64,000 nucleotides of DNA from Cycas panzhihuaensis (taxonomy: Eukaryota > Plantae > Cycadophyta): contig CM041465.1 in the NCBI GenBank assembly GCA_023213395.1, positions 166,725,741 to 166,789,740 of the forward strand. The letters run 5' to 3'. Position 1 is the first letter of the stretch, and every line of letters starts with the position of its first letter. The translations under genes were made by a program, and so were the position numbers. Positions 51,601 through 64,000 of the stretch are shown here, piece after piece. Below the pieces are notes generated by a model. It made no database searches and was not told the DNA's origin. It saw only the letters and a program-made list of their open reading frames with translations.

Positions 51601-53855
51601 AAGTATTTGTTAATATACCAGACAAAAAGAGGTCTAAACTTGACCCTAAAAGCATAGAATGCATAATGATAGGCTATAGTAAGAACTCAGAAGCCTATAA
51701 ATGTATAGACTCAAAAACAAATAAGGTCTATATAAGTAGAGATGTTATATTCAACGAAAAAAATATCATGGAAAGTTCATCAACTCATTAGGAAATTGAA
51801 GAACCACCAAAGAGGATTTTCCAAGAAGAACCTCCTTCAGAAGAAATCTTTGGAGTTATCTCAGAAGATACAGAGACTGATGATGCAGAAGAATCAAAGA
51901 GGGCACCATCGCCCCATGAAAGCTCAAACACTGAAGAAGAAGAACTATCTCTTGAAAACTCAATCACTAATGAAGTTGAGGGAAAAGAAAAAAGGATACC
52001 AAAATGGTATCTTAAAATAATTGAAGAAGGGAAATGAGATGTGTTAACACACAGAACGAGGAGTCAAAGGCATCAGGCATTGTTCAACAATATAAAACCA
52101 CCGTCCTTTGAGGAAGCAAAGCAACATGAAGAATGGTAAGCTGTAATGGATGCAAAGATAGAATCAATCTCCAAAAATCAGACCTAGGAACTAGTCAATC
52201 TACCTGTTGGTAAGCCTGTTGTCAATTGCAAATGGGTGTATAAAATAAAGGAAAATTCTAATGGTAAAATATAAAAGTACAAGGCCAGACTAGTAGCCAA
52301 GGGCTACACTCAAACAATAGGAATAGATTATGAGAAAATATTTTCACCAGTAGCAAAATTAGATACTGTGAGAACAGTAATAGCTTTAATAGCTCAACAC
52401 AATTGGAAAATTTACCAATTGGCCGTAAAAGTTCTTTTTTGAATGGGGAGTTCGAAGAAGAAGTCTACATGAGACAACCGAAAGGATATATATTCAAAGC
52501 GGCCAAGAAAATTGTGTGTGCAAATTGAAAAAGGCATTATATGGGCTGAAGTAAGCTTCAAGAGCCTGGTATGCCAAACTGGACAAATACCTTACGTAGA
52601 ATGGTTTCCTCAAGTGCGACTCAGACTCCAGCCTATATACAAAGAAAAGTCAAGGACTGATCACAATAATTGTGGTTTATGTGGATGATATGTTCTCACA
52701 AGAAGCAACACAAAATCAATAGCAAATATGAAGGCTCAATTTGAAAAAGTCTTTGAGATGACAGATTTAGGACTTCTGAATTTTTATCTGGGTATAGAAG
52801 TCAATCAGAAAGAAGACTCAATCACCTTATTTCAAAGCAAATACATCAAAATTTTGTCAACAAAATTCAAAATGGAAGAATGCAATAGCTGTGTAACTCC
52901 CATGGAAACCAATTGTGATCTGACTCCATTTGAAAAGGAAACTTCAATTGACGCAACACTATATAGATAGTTAATTGGAAGCTTGATATATCTCATTGCA
53001 ACTAGACCTGATATCTTATATTCTGCTGGTCTAGTCTCTAGATATATGCAAGATTCGAAGGTGAGACATTGGAAAGCAACAAAAAGAATACTTAGGTATT
53101 TAAAGGGAACAACTGATATGAAACTTAGTTATCCAAAAATCAAATCAAACAAGTTAATTGGATTTTATGATTCAGATTGGGTAGGAGATAAGGAAAAGGG
53201 GAGATCAACAAGTGGATATTGTTTCTTTCTTGGATCAACAACTATCTCTTGGAGTAACAAATGGCAACCAACAGTCTTCGTGGAGTAGCAAATGGCAACC
53301 AATAGTTGCTCTATCATCCATATAAACATAATACAAGTCAACAGTTACTGCTTCATGTGAAGCAATATGGTTGAGACAACTTCTATTAGATTTGGATCAA
53401 CAACAAGAAGAGTCAACAACTCTATTTTGCGATAACCAAAGTGCTATAGAGTTGACCAAAAATCCAATACTTCATGCACTAACAAAACACATTGAAGGGC
53501 ATCACCATTTCATATGGGAAAAGGTTCAGAACAAGGAGATTGATTTGGCATATCGTACAACAAATGAACAGATTGTAGATATCCTAATAAAACCACACAA
53601 CAAGGGGAAATTTGAAATCCTTAGAGATAAGATAAGATTGAATAAACAAAACATTAAGAGAGGGTATTGAGGTGTAATGTTTTATCTAGAAATAGTTGAG
53701 GGTAATATATTAACCCCTGTTTATGTAGTTGATAAGTGTCCAACACATGCCATTAGGACACATAGCGGTTACGATTCTTCAATGTATATTTAAAGAGTAT
53801 ATCTCTTTCATAATAATCAATCAATCTTTCTACATTTTGTGAGTGAATTTTATCA
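48616..53855 (+). mobile_element. Full-length decayed Ty1/copia element K nested in J
   Basis: LTRs 48616-48811 and 53665-53855; perfect TSD AGTGA; PBS TGGTATCAGAGC 48812-48823; PPT AAGAGAGGG 53656-53664; gag-pol ~49523-53660 with stops and frameshifts. Confidence 0.95.
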
Positions 53856-56151
53856 AGTGAGAGTTGAATTGATGAAAAAATTTAAGCTAGGAGCAGACCC
53901 AAAAATGAGATGGTTCAAAATATTGGGGCTCTAGACTGTGAGACTGGAGCACATATCCGTGGTGTTCGATAGGCCTCCAAAAGGCATTCCCTTAGGAGTA
54001 AACGAATGCAAAGATTTTGAGGTTAACAAATAGAGGAGCCATAGCGTGTTTAAAAGAATCAAGATTCAAACTTCAAAAGAAAACTTGATTTCAACCCCTT
54101 GTAGACTAGTTATCATTCTCACATTCAGCATGCGATGAGGAAACAAACAAATCAAGAGTGTTGACTGGGTGATGATCAAGGGAAAAAATTTGAGACATAA
54201 TTAGATGTCCATTGGGAGTGAAGTTTCTTGTCCAAACTAGATGAAATGTAGGTCAAACATCAATAATGGAGACGAGTCATGATGCGCCACGCCCTAGGCA
54301 ATTGCCTCACACAATATTCATGTGTCGTTCTCACAGTAAAATAATAGTACGTGATAAACATGTAATTGGAAGTTGCTCCTCCAAATTAAAAGATTTATAC
54401 CTTTTAACTTTTATTGATGACACACTATTCTATTTGCTAACAAGAGCTAACATTAAAGCCTTCATGAAGCCTCCACACAATGGCCTCTTCATAAATTAGA
54501 AAAAAACCACAATACTTTGCTTTGATACCATGTAGAATTTCAGAGCCTTGTAGACTCAAAACACAATTATCGAGGAAGAAATGTACATAAATACAAAGGA
54601 GACTGGGTAGGATGTGAAGCAAGTGTTTAACATGTAGTGCTTGCCATTTTCATGGCTATGGTACAAATAGAATGTCTTGAAGTACATGAATAGAAAGTAC
54701 ATGAAGCACAAGTAGAAAATAGAATGATACACTAACATCTTTAGCACATGAGAGTATCAATTTACAAGTGTGGAATGCTACGTGTACTTGTTTGCTTTAT
54801 AGCAAGCTAGAAAAACCCAAAAGGACTACCTTTTGGGGTTAGGTTTCCCCTCCTATAGGCAAAACAATAATTGACTCGAATAATGACTTCTTGGCCCATT
54901 GTTTTATGTTGTTGCTATTCTACTAACCTTTCATCTATTGGATTTTGCTTATTGAGTTATAGTTCAATGACTTATGTTGCTAGGTGTCTAGCCTTGATTA
55001 CTAGTTGCTTGACTCTTGTCATCAATCATACTCAATTACTTGTCTTCCCTTAGAGTTTTTAATTGTATCTATTCAAGACTAGTCTTCCCTCTGTAGGAGT
55101 GATGACACATTGAACAATTCTATAAATAAAAATAAAAAATAAAGGCAAATATTTCTAGCCTTAAACAAGTCCATATATAATGCCTTTTAACCTTTATCTT
55201 CTCTTTGATAAATCTATGAAACACTTGCTTCTCTTTGGTAACTCTATGAAGCTTTTGCTTCTCTACTAGGGCACTTCCACTTTGTAGAAATAAAGCAAGT
55301 AATATGGAAGAGATATCTCCAATCAATTTGTTTCCTTGTTTAAATCAAGAATTTAATGTTCCCTTACTTCACCTGTATTACTGATTATTTATTTGACACC
55401 CTCTTGGCATGTGACGTATTTGCTTATAGGTTCATCTTTACTTTGCAATTAAATTACCATGTGGTACATTAATTTCCATCTCCAATTTCTAATGTCTACT
55501 TTATTTTTTTAGTACTATGGCCTTCACCCTTTTTCCAAAATATATTGGTGATGTTAGAGCTAGCCTAACTTTTGTTTGGTTGTTTGAACCTAGTTTTGTC
55601 ATAGGGTCTTGAATCCACAAATTGGATTCAAGTCTAAATTGGGTTTGTGAACCCATAATCTTGCTTGACACAAGTGGCATTGAAAGACATTTTATTGTGG
55701 GGAAATCTATAAAATTGTGACTCATTTACTTATACTGTTTTTATAAGCATAAATATTGTTAGTAATTTGTGTCTTATATTAAAAGGGCTTGTGTGACATT
55801 TTCAAGACTCTCTGTAGGGGTATTCAGGTTGGTATTAAATACCATCCGTATGGATGGTATAGGTATCATTGTATGTGAGAAGAGATAGTATAGGTACCGA
55901 GTGTCAAAAAAAGGGAGGTCGTGATTCTTATTGGTGATGCTTTTAGCATTTCTTTTTGATGTATTGTACTTGGTTTGCTTTGATAGTTCCATTGATTGCT
56001 TTTGGATACTTGTGGACGTTAACATAATTTCTTTTTTTGTTTCTTTTATACACATTGGTACCAATGTTTTTCTACCTTATTGAGATGGATATTGCATTTG
56101 AAATGGCTTGCTATAAGTATTTTCCATATGATTGGTAGAGGTATGGCCGTG

Positions 56152-59100
56152 TGTAGGAAGAGTTGGTCAACGCAGCCAACCAAACCCAATTTAATGAAGT
56201 TCTTTTGAAGGCAAGTGAAGCTATACCAAATTCAGGGCAGGAAGAGCACCCTTGATATAGAGTGGGGGGAGAAGCAAAATCTAAAATTTTGAAAATTTGA
56301 AATTGTGCAAGGATGCTCAACCCTTTTGTTTGACCTGGGATAGATGTTGAGGTAAACTCTGGTACTTGCGTGATTTTGGACAATGGAAACGTAGGAATGC
56401 ATGTTTATCCTAACGCGAGGAATGGAGGAAGACATCAGTTGAGGGGTTGTATGGAGGAACACATGCTAGGAAACAATGAACATGGCCATAAAAGAGTTTT
56501 GGGGGAATGGATGACAAGTTGGATTCTAGAACGAAATGCAACATAGTCTAGAACACACCTCGAGGAATGCATGGAACCCACATCCAGATTGAAGTGACAT
56601 GTTTTAGATATGCTGATGTCATCCCCGGTGGTACGTTCGTACAGATGAAAACTTATGTTAAAGAGGCATAATGAATGTCATTAATGAGAAGGTGTGATTT
56701 GTTATTAAAAGTCACAATTGTCAATTGTTCCTCAAAAGGACTTTCGTAGTGTATTTAATGTTGAATCAACCACCATTTTGGTATGAGAGCTGAGTCAATG
56801 AGTCTTGTGATACATTCTCTAGTGTGAGAGCTGAGTATATGTAAGGGATGTTATGGTGTAATGCATGTGGAACGTTCCCCAAAGTGATGTAAAGCCATTG
56901 GACATTGATATTGCTTAATGAAATTATGAGTCACATGGGAAGTTTTGTATTTTGTGCATGGTTGTGATTAATTTTTTAGTTCATGTTGATGCTGTGATAG
57001 TGACATGATGATATTTTGTTAATATGGCATATGTGTGATCTATGATGACATCGCTATGTTGACCAAGCCCTTGACAAGTGGACTTTCATAGGGATGAAAG
57101 TAGAGTCAACGTTGGTTCCATTGCCTACATCCATTGAGAAGGGGACTAGGCCGGAGTTTGCCATACATATTATGCAGAAAGATCAAGGAACCCTGGTGGT
57201 CATTGTGATGGCAAGTCCTAACAAAACATTTGACAGCCAAGGGGCCTTCCAATGCCACCAAAACGACCTTCAAAGGTGGGTGAGCCACTGAAAATACCTT
57301 CACCATATTGGGATCTAGTAGACAAATGACTTTAAGATGGTCAAAAGAGGCAAATTTGAGAAGGTTTAGGAGGTTTAAGCCTCAACAAGAATGACAAGAC
57401 TAAGGGCCAGTCTATTGAAGGGTCTGAGGCAAGTGGTGCCCAAACACTTCAAGAACTAGAAAATTAAGGACATGGAGACCCAATGGTGGTGATACCACCT
57501 ACTTGGATTCAATCAGATATACTTAGCCCAAAAGAAAAATAGGAATTCTAGAACATGAAGAAAATCCAAAAGAAAATGATACTTTAGAAGAAGAAGGTCA
57601 AACCCTAGGGAAGGAGGAAGGGATAAGTGTGGATTCTAATGCAAAGGATGTAAGTGATCATGAGGAAAAGGTGAAGGAAGGTCCGTTGGCATATTGAGAG
57701 AACTGTTTGATAAGATAATTCTTTTAGGATTCACCAGATAAGGGGTCCGAGAAATCATTCCTGATAGCAACTCCATTAATATTGCAAATACTAAGAATTC
57801 TAGAACTTATTCATCTAAAGAAACCCTTTAAGAATCTTTTGTTTGAGAGACAGTATTGGGAGGAGCACACCTAGGACACCATTGAAATCCAATGTAGGGG
57901 AGGAAGAAGTTATACCCCCAAAGTCACATTGTTTAAGTGTTCGAGCAAAGAAAGTACACCACCTAGTTCTCCATAGGTAGGAAGTGCACTATTGGATTTG
58001 CCAAAAGATGGATGATTCAAGGGAATTTGGGAAGTTAATCTTCAACAACTCATCAGATGCCATAGAACATGTGTATTTATTTCAAAATTTGGAAAATGTG
58101 AGGAAAATCATGGATGAAAACAAAATTAAAACTAGATTTGCATGCACATTATGGGAAGTACTGTTGGCATAGTAGAAAGAACTGGATAAAGTAGAAACTT
58201 AGGAAAAATGTGAAAAAGAAATTTGAGGAGAGACTGTAGAAGTTTTGTAGCAATGAAGAAATCGCATTAAAAGAAATCAAGAAGAGACCTAGATGGTCAG
58301 TGTTAGCTTATATAAGTTAGATGAAACTTATTTTAACCAACATGATAATCAAAATTAATGGATCACAATATGAAGAACTGCTTTGTCAGGGGATTAAATG
58401 AGAAATTAAGATCAATGATGTAGACACATCCATGGAAATCCCTCAAGAATGTGCAAGAATTGGCCCTAGATTTTGAAAAAAAATTGGATGCTCAGACAGG
58501 AGGCCACAATCCATTATTATTAAGTTTACAAGAAGAGCTGCGAGAAATAAAACAACAACAACACAATTGGCCATTCTTCCAAATGGAGAAGGAAGAAGAG
58601 GAATTTGAGGTGGAATTCATAAAAAAAGAGGTGGCAAGATTAAAGTTGAAAACCCAAAAAGAGGAGGAAGACAAGGGAAAAAGGAGGAGGGAAGAGAATT
58701 CCAAGTTGAGAAACAGTGCCATATCTGTGAAGAAGACTCCCATTCCACAAAGGAGTGCTAGCTTAATTGTGGTGAGCCTTAACCACATGTTAGAGAGGGT
58801 TAATATATTGGGAGGTTAAGCACGATAAAGGTTAAGGAGCTTAAGGTTAGGAGTATTTAATAAAAGTGGAAATGTGGGATTGGGTAGCTGATAGGTAGAA
58901 TGATATAATAATGAGCCGATCCTCTTATAAATATGACACCTCCATCTCACGTAATGTTATGTTGATGTTTATGAATATAATCTTATTTTGGGTTCACTTT
59001 GGTGTCCTCTTGGTTCTCATTTGGTGCTCTCCATCTCCACCCTCCATTCCATCTATCTCTATCCCTTGGCATTCTTACTGTTTGCTCTCATATTGTTATG

Positions 59101-60506
59101 GTAACAAGGGTTGGCCTGTAACATATGGTATCGGAGCTAGGGCAAGGACAATTTTTCTTTCCTCCTTATTTAATGCAGGTGTTGAAGACATTATTATTAG
59201 AGGAATGGCAAGCTTGTTGAAGGGCTTATAGAGTCAAAGATCCAATTAGTAGGGTTTATGTGTAAACCTTGTAAACCCTAGTAGTGGGCTCTTTCATCAT
59301 CTATTGCTATAGTATGCCATACCATCATGGAGATGCCCTATTTTCTTTGCAAGCCATAAGTATTTTTTGCGCCATTTGATTTTGTCCATTATGAAGTAAT
59401 ATATGTCCACGATTGTATTGCTTATTGAGCCATTCCTTGTTACACCATATGACTGCCCTCTTCAATCGAGGAGTTATCAAGTTTGTTGTAAGCTTCAACC
59501 TTTGTTTGTCTATCTATCGTTTAAAGCTTTCAATCAAGCTGTACCATTCGATTGTGATCTTTTTGTGCTAAGAGATTGTTGTCTGCATGAGATGGGTACA
59601 TCTTCCATCACCATGATCCATTTCATCTTTGTCATCATCAATTTGGGTTGTGTTTGAGGGATTTATGCCTGTAACGTGGATCCGAATCGTATTTTCACCC
59701 ACCATGGTTTGCCTACATCCATGAAGCTCTTGCATCATATTCATGTCTGGGTCCACTCCTCATAAGACTTTTCGTGAGCTTCTGTTGATGTTTTGCCTCT
59801 ATTTGTAATTTGCCCATCCCTGTGCATAATCGTGGAAATCGAGACGTCTGTGTGCAACTGCGCCACTGTTTGGTTGTGATATACTTCGAGCAACGATTGA
59901 GCAAAGAATGACCATGAAATAGATGTGAAGAAGAGAACCCAATGCTACAAATGCAGATGCAATGTTTGAACGCAGTTTATAGAGAGTTGGGATATGGCAA
60001 TGACAAGCGAAAACGTTTGTAGAATGGTTCGTATTGAATTTTGCAATTATCAATGGCAGCAAAGTTTTCAAATTGTGATGTTTAGTTTGCTTACTAAAGT
60101 TGAATAAAATAAAATTAAATTGCATTTGTATGTGAGGTCCCCCCAATACTATTAGCCAGTGGTCATGTGCACAATATAAGGTGACAAACTACTTTTGCAA
60201 AGGGGCTTAAGATCAATTAAAAGGGTACTTACAAATTATTAGCACCTCCGTCCACACTTTCAGCCATATCTTCTTTATACAGACTCAAAATTTAGTTTTG
60301 TCAGATTCTTTGTTTTGAGGGCTTCAATTTGGACTATCACAAAACATATTTTGGGCTTTCTTTGTGGTAGATATTGATGTTTGAAGTCATGGTTACATGT
60401 CATGTCAGTTTTATAGTTTATGGCCGTTCAAACTTTGGCTTGTATGCCATTGCTCTTGAGGTCATAATATTGGATTAAGGGGGCTAACCAGCCATAGACA
60501 CCTGTT

Positions 60507-60539
<33 letters not shown>

Positions 60540-62677
60540 AACATCATGACCACATTCCTTCACTTTGATATTGAGGCAGCCTCGAAGGCATGCTTTGAAT
60601 GAGTCCATTGTCGAGAGGATGACAAAATTCGTCACAATATTGACTATTTCCAAGGTTGACTTCGTGGTTGGGCATGTAGTTGGTTACTTGATATGTATGG
60701 TACCCATATAACTTGGGATCTCTTCATTTCGACTCTTCATATAAAAATTTAGGAACTATGTTCGCATCATCTTGCAAAAGAACATGCTAAGCGAGATGAG
60801 GAGGAAAGGAGGTTACATGTTGAAGAAGAAAGGAGGTTAGCCCTTTAAAACTTCATTGATGGACTCATGAGGTTATATGCTAAGCTATTTTCCAACCCTT
60901 CAACACCTTCAATAGTGCCAGATGAAGCTTGTATATAAGAGGTTTTGGAGGAGCAGGATCACTTATCAAACATAGTTGTGGATGAGCATGCAATGGATCA
61001 TGCCAAGCAACTTGAAGACAGTACCTCACCTACATCTCTTCCATAGGATAGTGTGATCATACCTCAACTAGTTCACCTGGAAGAAGTCATAAGCCTCCCC
61101 CATTATACAAGGTAAACTTTCAGACAATAAGGATGACCTTCCTCCTCCTCATGGTGGTGCACCATCAACATTTAACATGCAGGAGAATTTGGGTTCTCAT
61201 TTTTGTGGATCCCAATATTATTACTACACCATGGGCTCACATTTGTTTGGCTTTGATAGCCAAACAAAGGAGTCACTTTTATTTGATCTACATCACCAAT
61301 TACATGGACTTGTGCATCACTCCTCAACAAGAAGTTCTGCAACAACAATGTCTTCTCATCGTAACATTTTATCAAACCACTTCGTATGACATATTAGTAG
61401 TAGTAGGTGGTGGATCCATGTATTCTTATTAGGATGCTTTGAAGGCAAGGCATCTTAAGGGGGGAGGGCATGTGGTGAGCCTTCACTACATGTTAAAAAG
61501 GGTTAATATATTGGGAGGTTGAGTAGGGTAAGGGTTAAGGGGGTTAAGGTAAGGAATATTTAATAATAGTGGAAATGTGGGATTGGGTAGCTTAGAGGTA
61601 GAAAAATAATAAAAATGGGGTGATCCTCTTATAAATATGACATCCCCATCTCATGTATTGTTATATTAATGCTTATGAATATAATCTTATTTTGGGTTCA
61701 CTTCGGTCCCCTCATGGTTTTCATTTGATGCTCTCCATCTCCACCCTCCATTGCATCCACCTCCATCCCTTGGCATTCTTACTCTTTGCTCTCATATTGT
61801 TATGATAACATTGGTTGGCCTATTACATTAACCCTAAATATAGTATAATAAGGAAACAAGATAAGTGTTGTCATATATGCGGCATTGACGATCACAATAC
61901 CAAAGAATGTTATTTTAATCTTTGAGGGAAAAGCTACAGAGGAAGAGGCAGAAGCAGAGGAGCAGACTCAATCGGGCATCTCCAGGCCATCAGAAATGCA
62001 CTAGAAGCATCAAAGAAAAAGGCATCCATTGGAAGATGCTTGGCGTGTTTGGAATTCAACCATTGGAAGTTTGATTGTCTAATAGCCAAAGCAATTGAGC
62101 AATGCCTTTTTGTGTGTAAAGTTTGCGTGCTAGGAAACCACTATACAAAAGATTGTAAAGGGAGGCTAAGGTCACAAATCTAATGACCATAGTTCCCAAA
62201 CCTAATAAAAATGTAAAGTTACAAGCAAAAAGTTAGACCAAGAGGAAATGGTAGTAGACAACTACCTTAATCCAAAGATGGAAATAAATCATTTTGAAGC
62301 CGCAAAGAGAACATTGGAGGAAGTAACGAGAAAAGAGTAGGAGAAGAAATTACCTATGAGCAAACCCTATCACAAAATATGCATATATGAGAAGAAATAA
62401 GTTTAAGGAAAAGGAATCAACACTTTTGGGAGCATCAATACAACCACAACCACATAGAGTCCAGGCCGAGGAGTTGTTCAAGGGATTACCAACAGAGTAC
62501 ATACTGAGAATATTGTTGATAATGGAAACCTTGGTGAAGCAATTGTATCTAACCATTTTGCTTGAACAAGTAATTGAGTGGATTAAAATGGGAGTGTTGT
62601 AGCATAAAGAATCCATCAAGAGTTTGATGAAGGCAATGCCCTCTTTCAATCTTGATCCTATAGTTACTATTATAAGC
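56152..62677 (+). mobile_element. Ty3/gypsy-type element O (putative ~1.07-kb LTR 56152-57223, gag with three CCHC knuckles), hosting L and M
   Basis: TGTAGGA...TCCTAACA termini (tentative); Retrotrans_gag-like KTRFACTL..W ~58000-58450; knuckles at 61869, 62037, 62115. Confidence 0.6.
58768..61827 (+). mobile_element. Complete non-autonomous gypsy-derived LTR element L (3.06 kb)
   Basis: LTRs 58768-59123 and 61471-61827; flanks TTAAT/TTAAC; PBS TGGTATCGGAGC 59126-59137; PPT AAGGGGGGAGGGCA 61457-61470; gag remnant LRGWACSW..ITWDLF ~60640-60760; no pol. Confidence 0.9.
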
Positions 62678-63241
62678 TATTGAAGATTAATTCTAACAGG
62701 AGTGGAGATCTTACTTTACATGATTAACTATCAACTTAATATGAAAATTACATTCATATTAATGACAAAGTCTCAAAGTGAAGTCATCTCTTATTAATTT
62801 CAACAATGCACTGAACATGCATAAATACAAATTTTAGAAGGAATCTAATTTCTAAATAAATGATATGTGATGTGAAAGTTGTAACCCCCAATGATTAATC
62901 ACTCATATATTAATTAAATAATCTTAAAATTTAATACATTACATTAAGGGGAGGCTCATAACCCAAGTTGTGAGCTATAAATAAACATTAGCATCAAGAC
63001 TCCCCCTATGTTTATTTCCTTTTTATTGACACCTAATTTGTCTCAAAAAGTTTGAAAGTTTTCACATGTTAATGGTTTGGTGAAGATGTGAGTCAACTAT
63101 TCTTCTGTTGGACTATACACCATCTCTATCACACTTTTTTGAATCAATTTTTAAATAAAGTAATGGTGCACCTCAATGTGTTTAGTGCAAACATGGAACA
63201 TAGGACTTTTCGCAATCACATTTCATTATTTCTTGATCATT
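62678..63241 (-). mobile_element. 3' end of Ty1/copia element M (RNaseH tail, PPT, 3' LTR)
   Basis: FHVCTKHIEVHHYFI..IFTKPL on - strand (63030-63230); PPT complement TCCCCCT 63001-63007; LTR ~62678-62999. Confidence 0.75.
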
Positions 63242-64000
63242 TGTAATATTCCAAAATCTAGTCAAAACTATGCTACGTAACCATTCAAATCGAAGGCCTC
63301 TGAATAAGGATTCCAACGGTTCAGACGAAAGTCAATTCCGACATCTCTATTAAAAGTTACGATCGTTTAAAGTTAGCTTGCCAGTTTTGGAGAAGTTTTG
63401 GCCGACTTCTATTTAAGTAGTATTAAGGATAATATCACCCAGTTTGGTCGACTTTTAATTGAAGTATTTTGATCTCTATATATAGGAAGTTTGGGCCGCA
63501 TCCCAAACCATCGTCGGAGGTTCTTTGGTCATGCATTTTCGGTTTTAGAGTTGCAATTAGCTCGCCCATTTGGGGGCTGCAGTTTGGAGGGTTCCTTGTT
63601 TCGAAGAGGCAAGCTCACTTCTTTAGGAAAGACTAGTATTTTGTTATAATTTCGCTCTATTTTGGTATTATTTGACAATAAAGATTATTATTTATACATG
63701 GATTACGTAATTCTTGTTCCTTGTTCATTTTCTTGTTGAATAGCATCTAGTTATTGTGTTTTTTGGATTATTACTTGTATTTTTGAGGAAAATTGATATA
63801 AAAGTAGAACTAGATCGCTACAAGTGGCATCAGAGTTTCATTTCGAAGGGAAAAGGCAAAGGTAAAAGTACAAAAAATGTCAAAAAAATTTTTGCCCCCA
63901 AGGGAAATAGAAACAGAATTAAGATCAGGGATAAACCTCTTTCCCAGGAAGATGGCAGCCCAATCTAGAACCTCAGACGAAAAAATTGGAGGCGCATCAG
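63242..64000 (+). mobile_element. 5' end of LTR element N (LTR 63242-63822, PBS), probably gypsy, inserted in M; runs off the window
   Basis: TGTAAT...GCTACA followed by AG-TGGCATCAGAG (63825-63835). Confidence 0.75.

Larger units (their letters stand above)
41440..54746 (-). mobile_element. Ty1/copia element J, internally deleted (RT and most of gag missing), hosting D (in its 3' LTR) and K
   Basis: 5' LTR 54531-54746 with PBS complement GCTTTGATACCA 54519-54530; 3' LTR split as 41440-41517 + 46065-46244; flanks TATGA/CATGA; RNaseH tail ~46340-46660, integrase ~46740-47260, PR WYIDS ~47800-47820. Confidence 0.85.

Noticed and set aside
41385-55109. A further LTR into which J inserted (41385-41439 + 54747-~55109)
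   Set aside because: LTR-like texture only; no partner, PBS, PPT or TSD could be established.
55110-56150. Possible downstream kinase exon in non-TE-looking sequence
   Set aside because: No FVLFFDC, GR.DDN or other kinase motif found in the + frames examined.

Overview
Plant nuclear DNA, AT-rich and repeat-dominated. The giant TE-filled introns suggest a large-genome plant such as a gymnosperm (inference). The only host gene seen is two spliced exons of a UMP-CMP kinase (18232-18349, 18490-18646, + strand). I could not find its neighbouring exons in the window, so the rest is probably two giant introns (>18 kb upstream, >45 kb downstream). These contain about 20 nested, mostly decayed Ty1/copia and Ty3/gypsy LTR retrotransposons and solo LTRs, many with LTRs, tRNA-Met PBS, PPT and 5-bp TSDs locatable by eye. 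The most unusual object is a complete non-autonomous LTR element (D, 41518-46064, TSD AATAT) with no RT or integrase. Its 5' leader carries antisense fragments of two unrelated host genes: S-adenosylmethionine decarboxylase and a TSJT1/Wali7/DUF3700 aluminium-induced protein. A relative (C, 20612-23859) shares the leader flank and gag remnant but has different cargo, suggesting a family with a variable cargo slot. Other notable points: junction-spanning duplications, a head-to-head deletion between two related gypsy elements, GTAC and GACAnnTGTC motifs shared between copia and gypsy elements, and a triple zinc-knuckle gag. Boundaries and identities were read by eye and element letters are my own labels.
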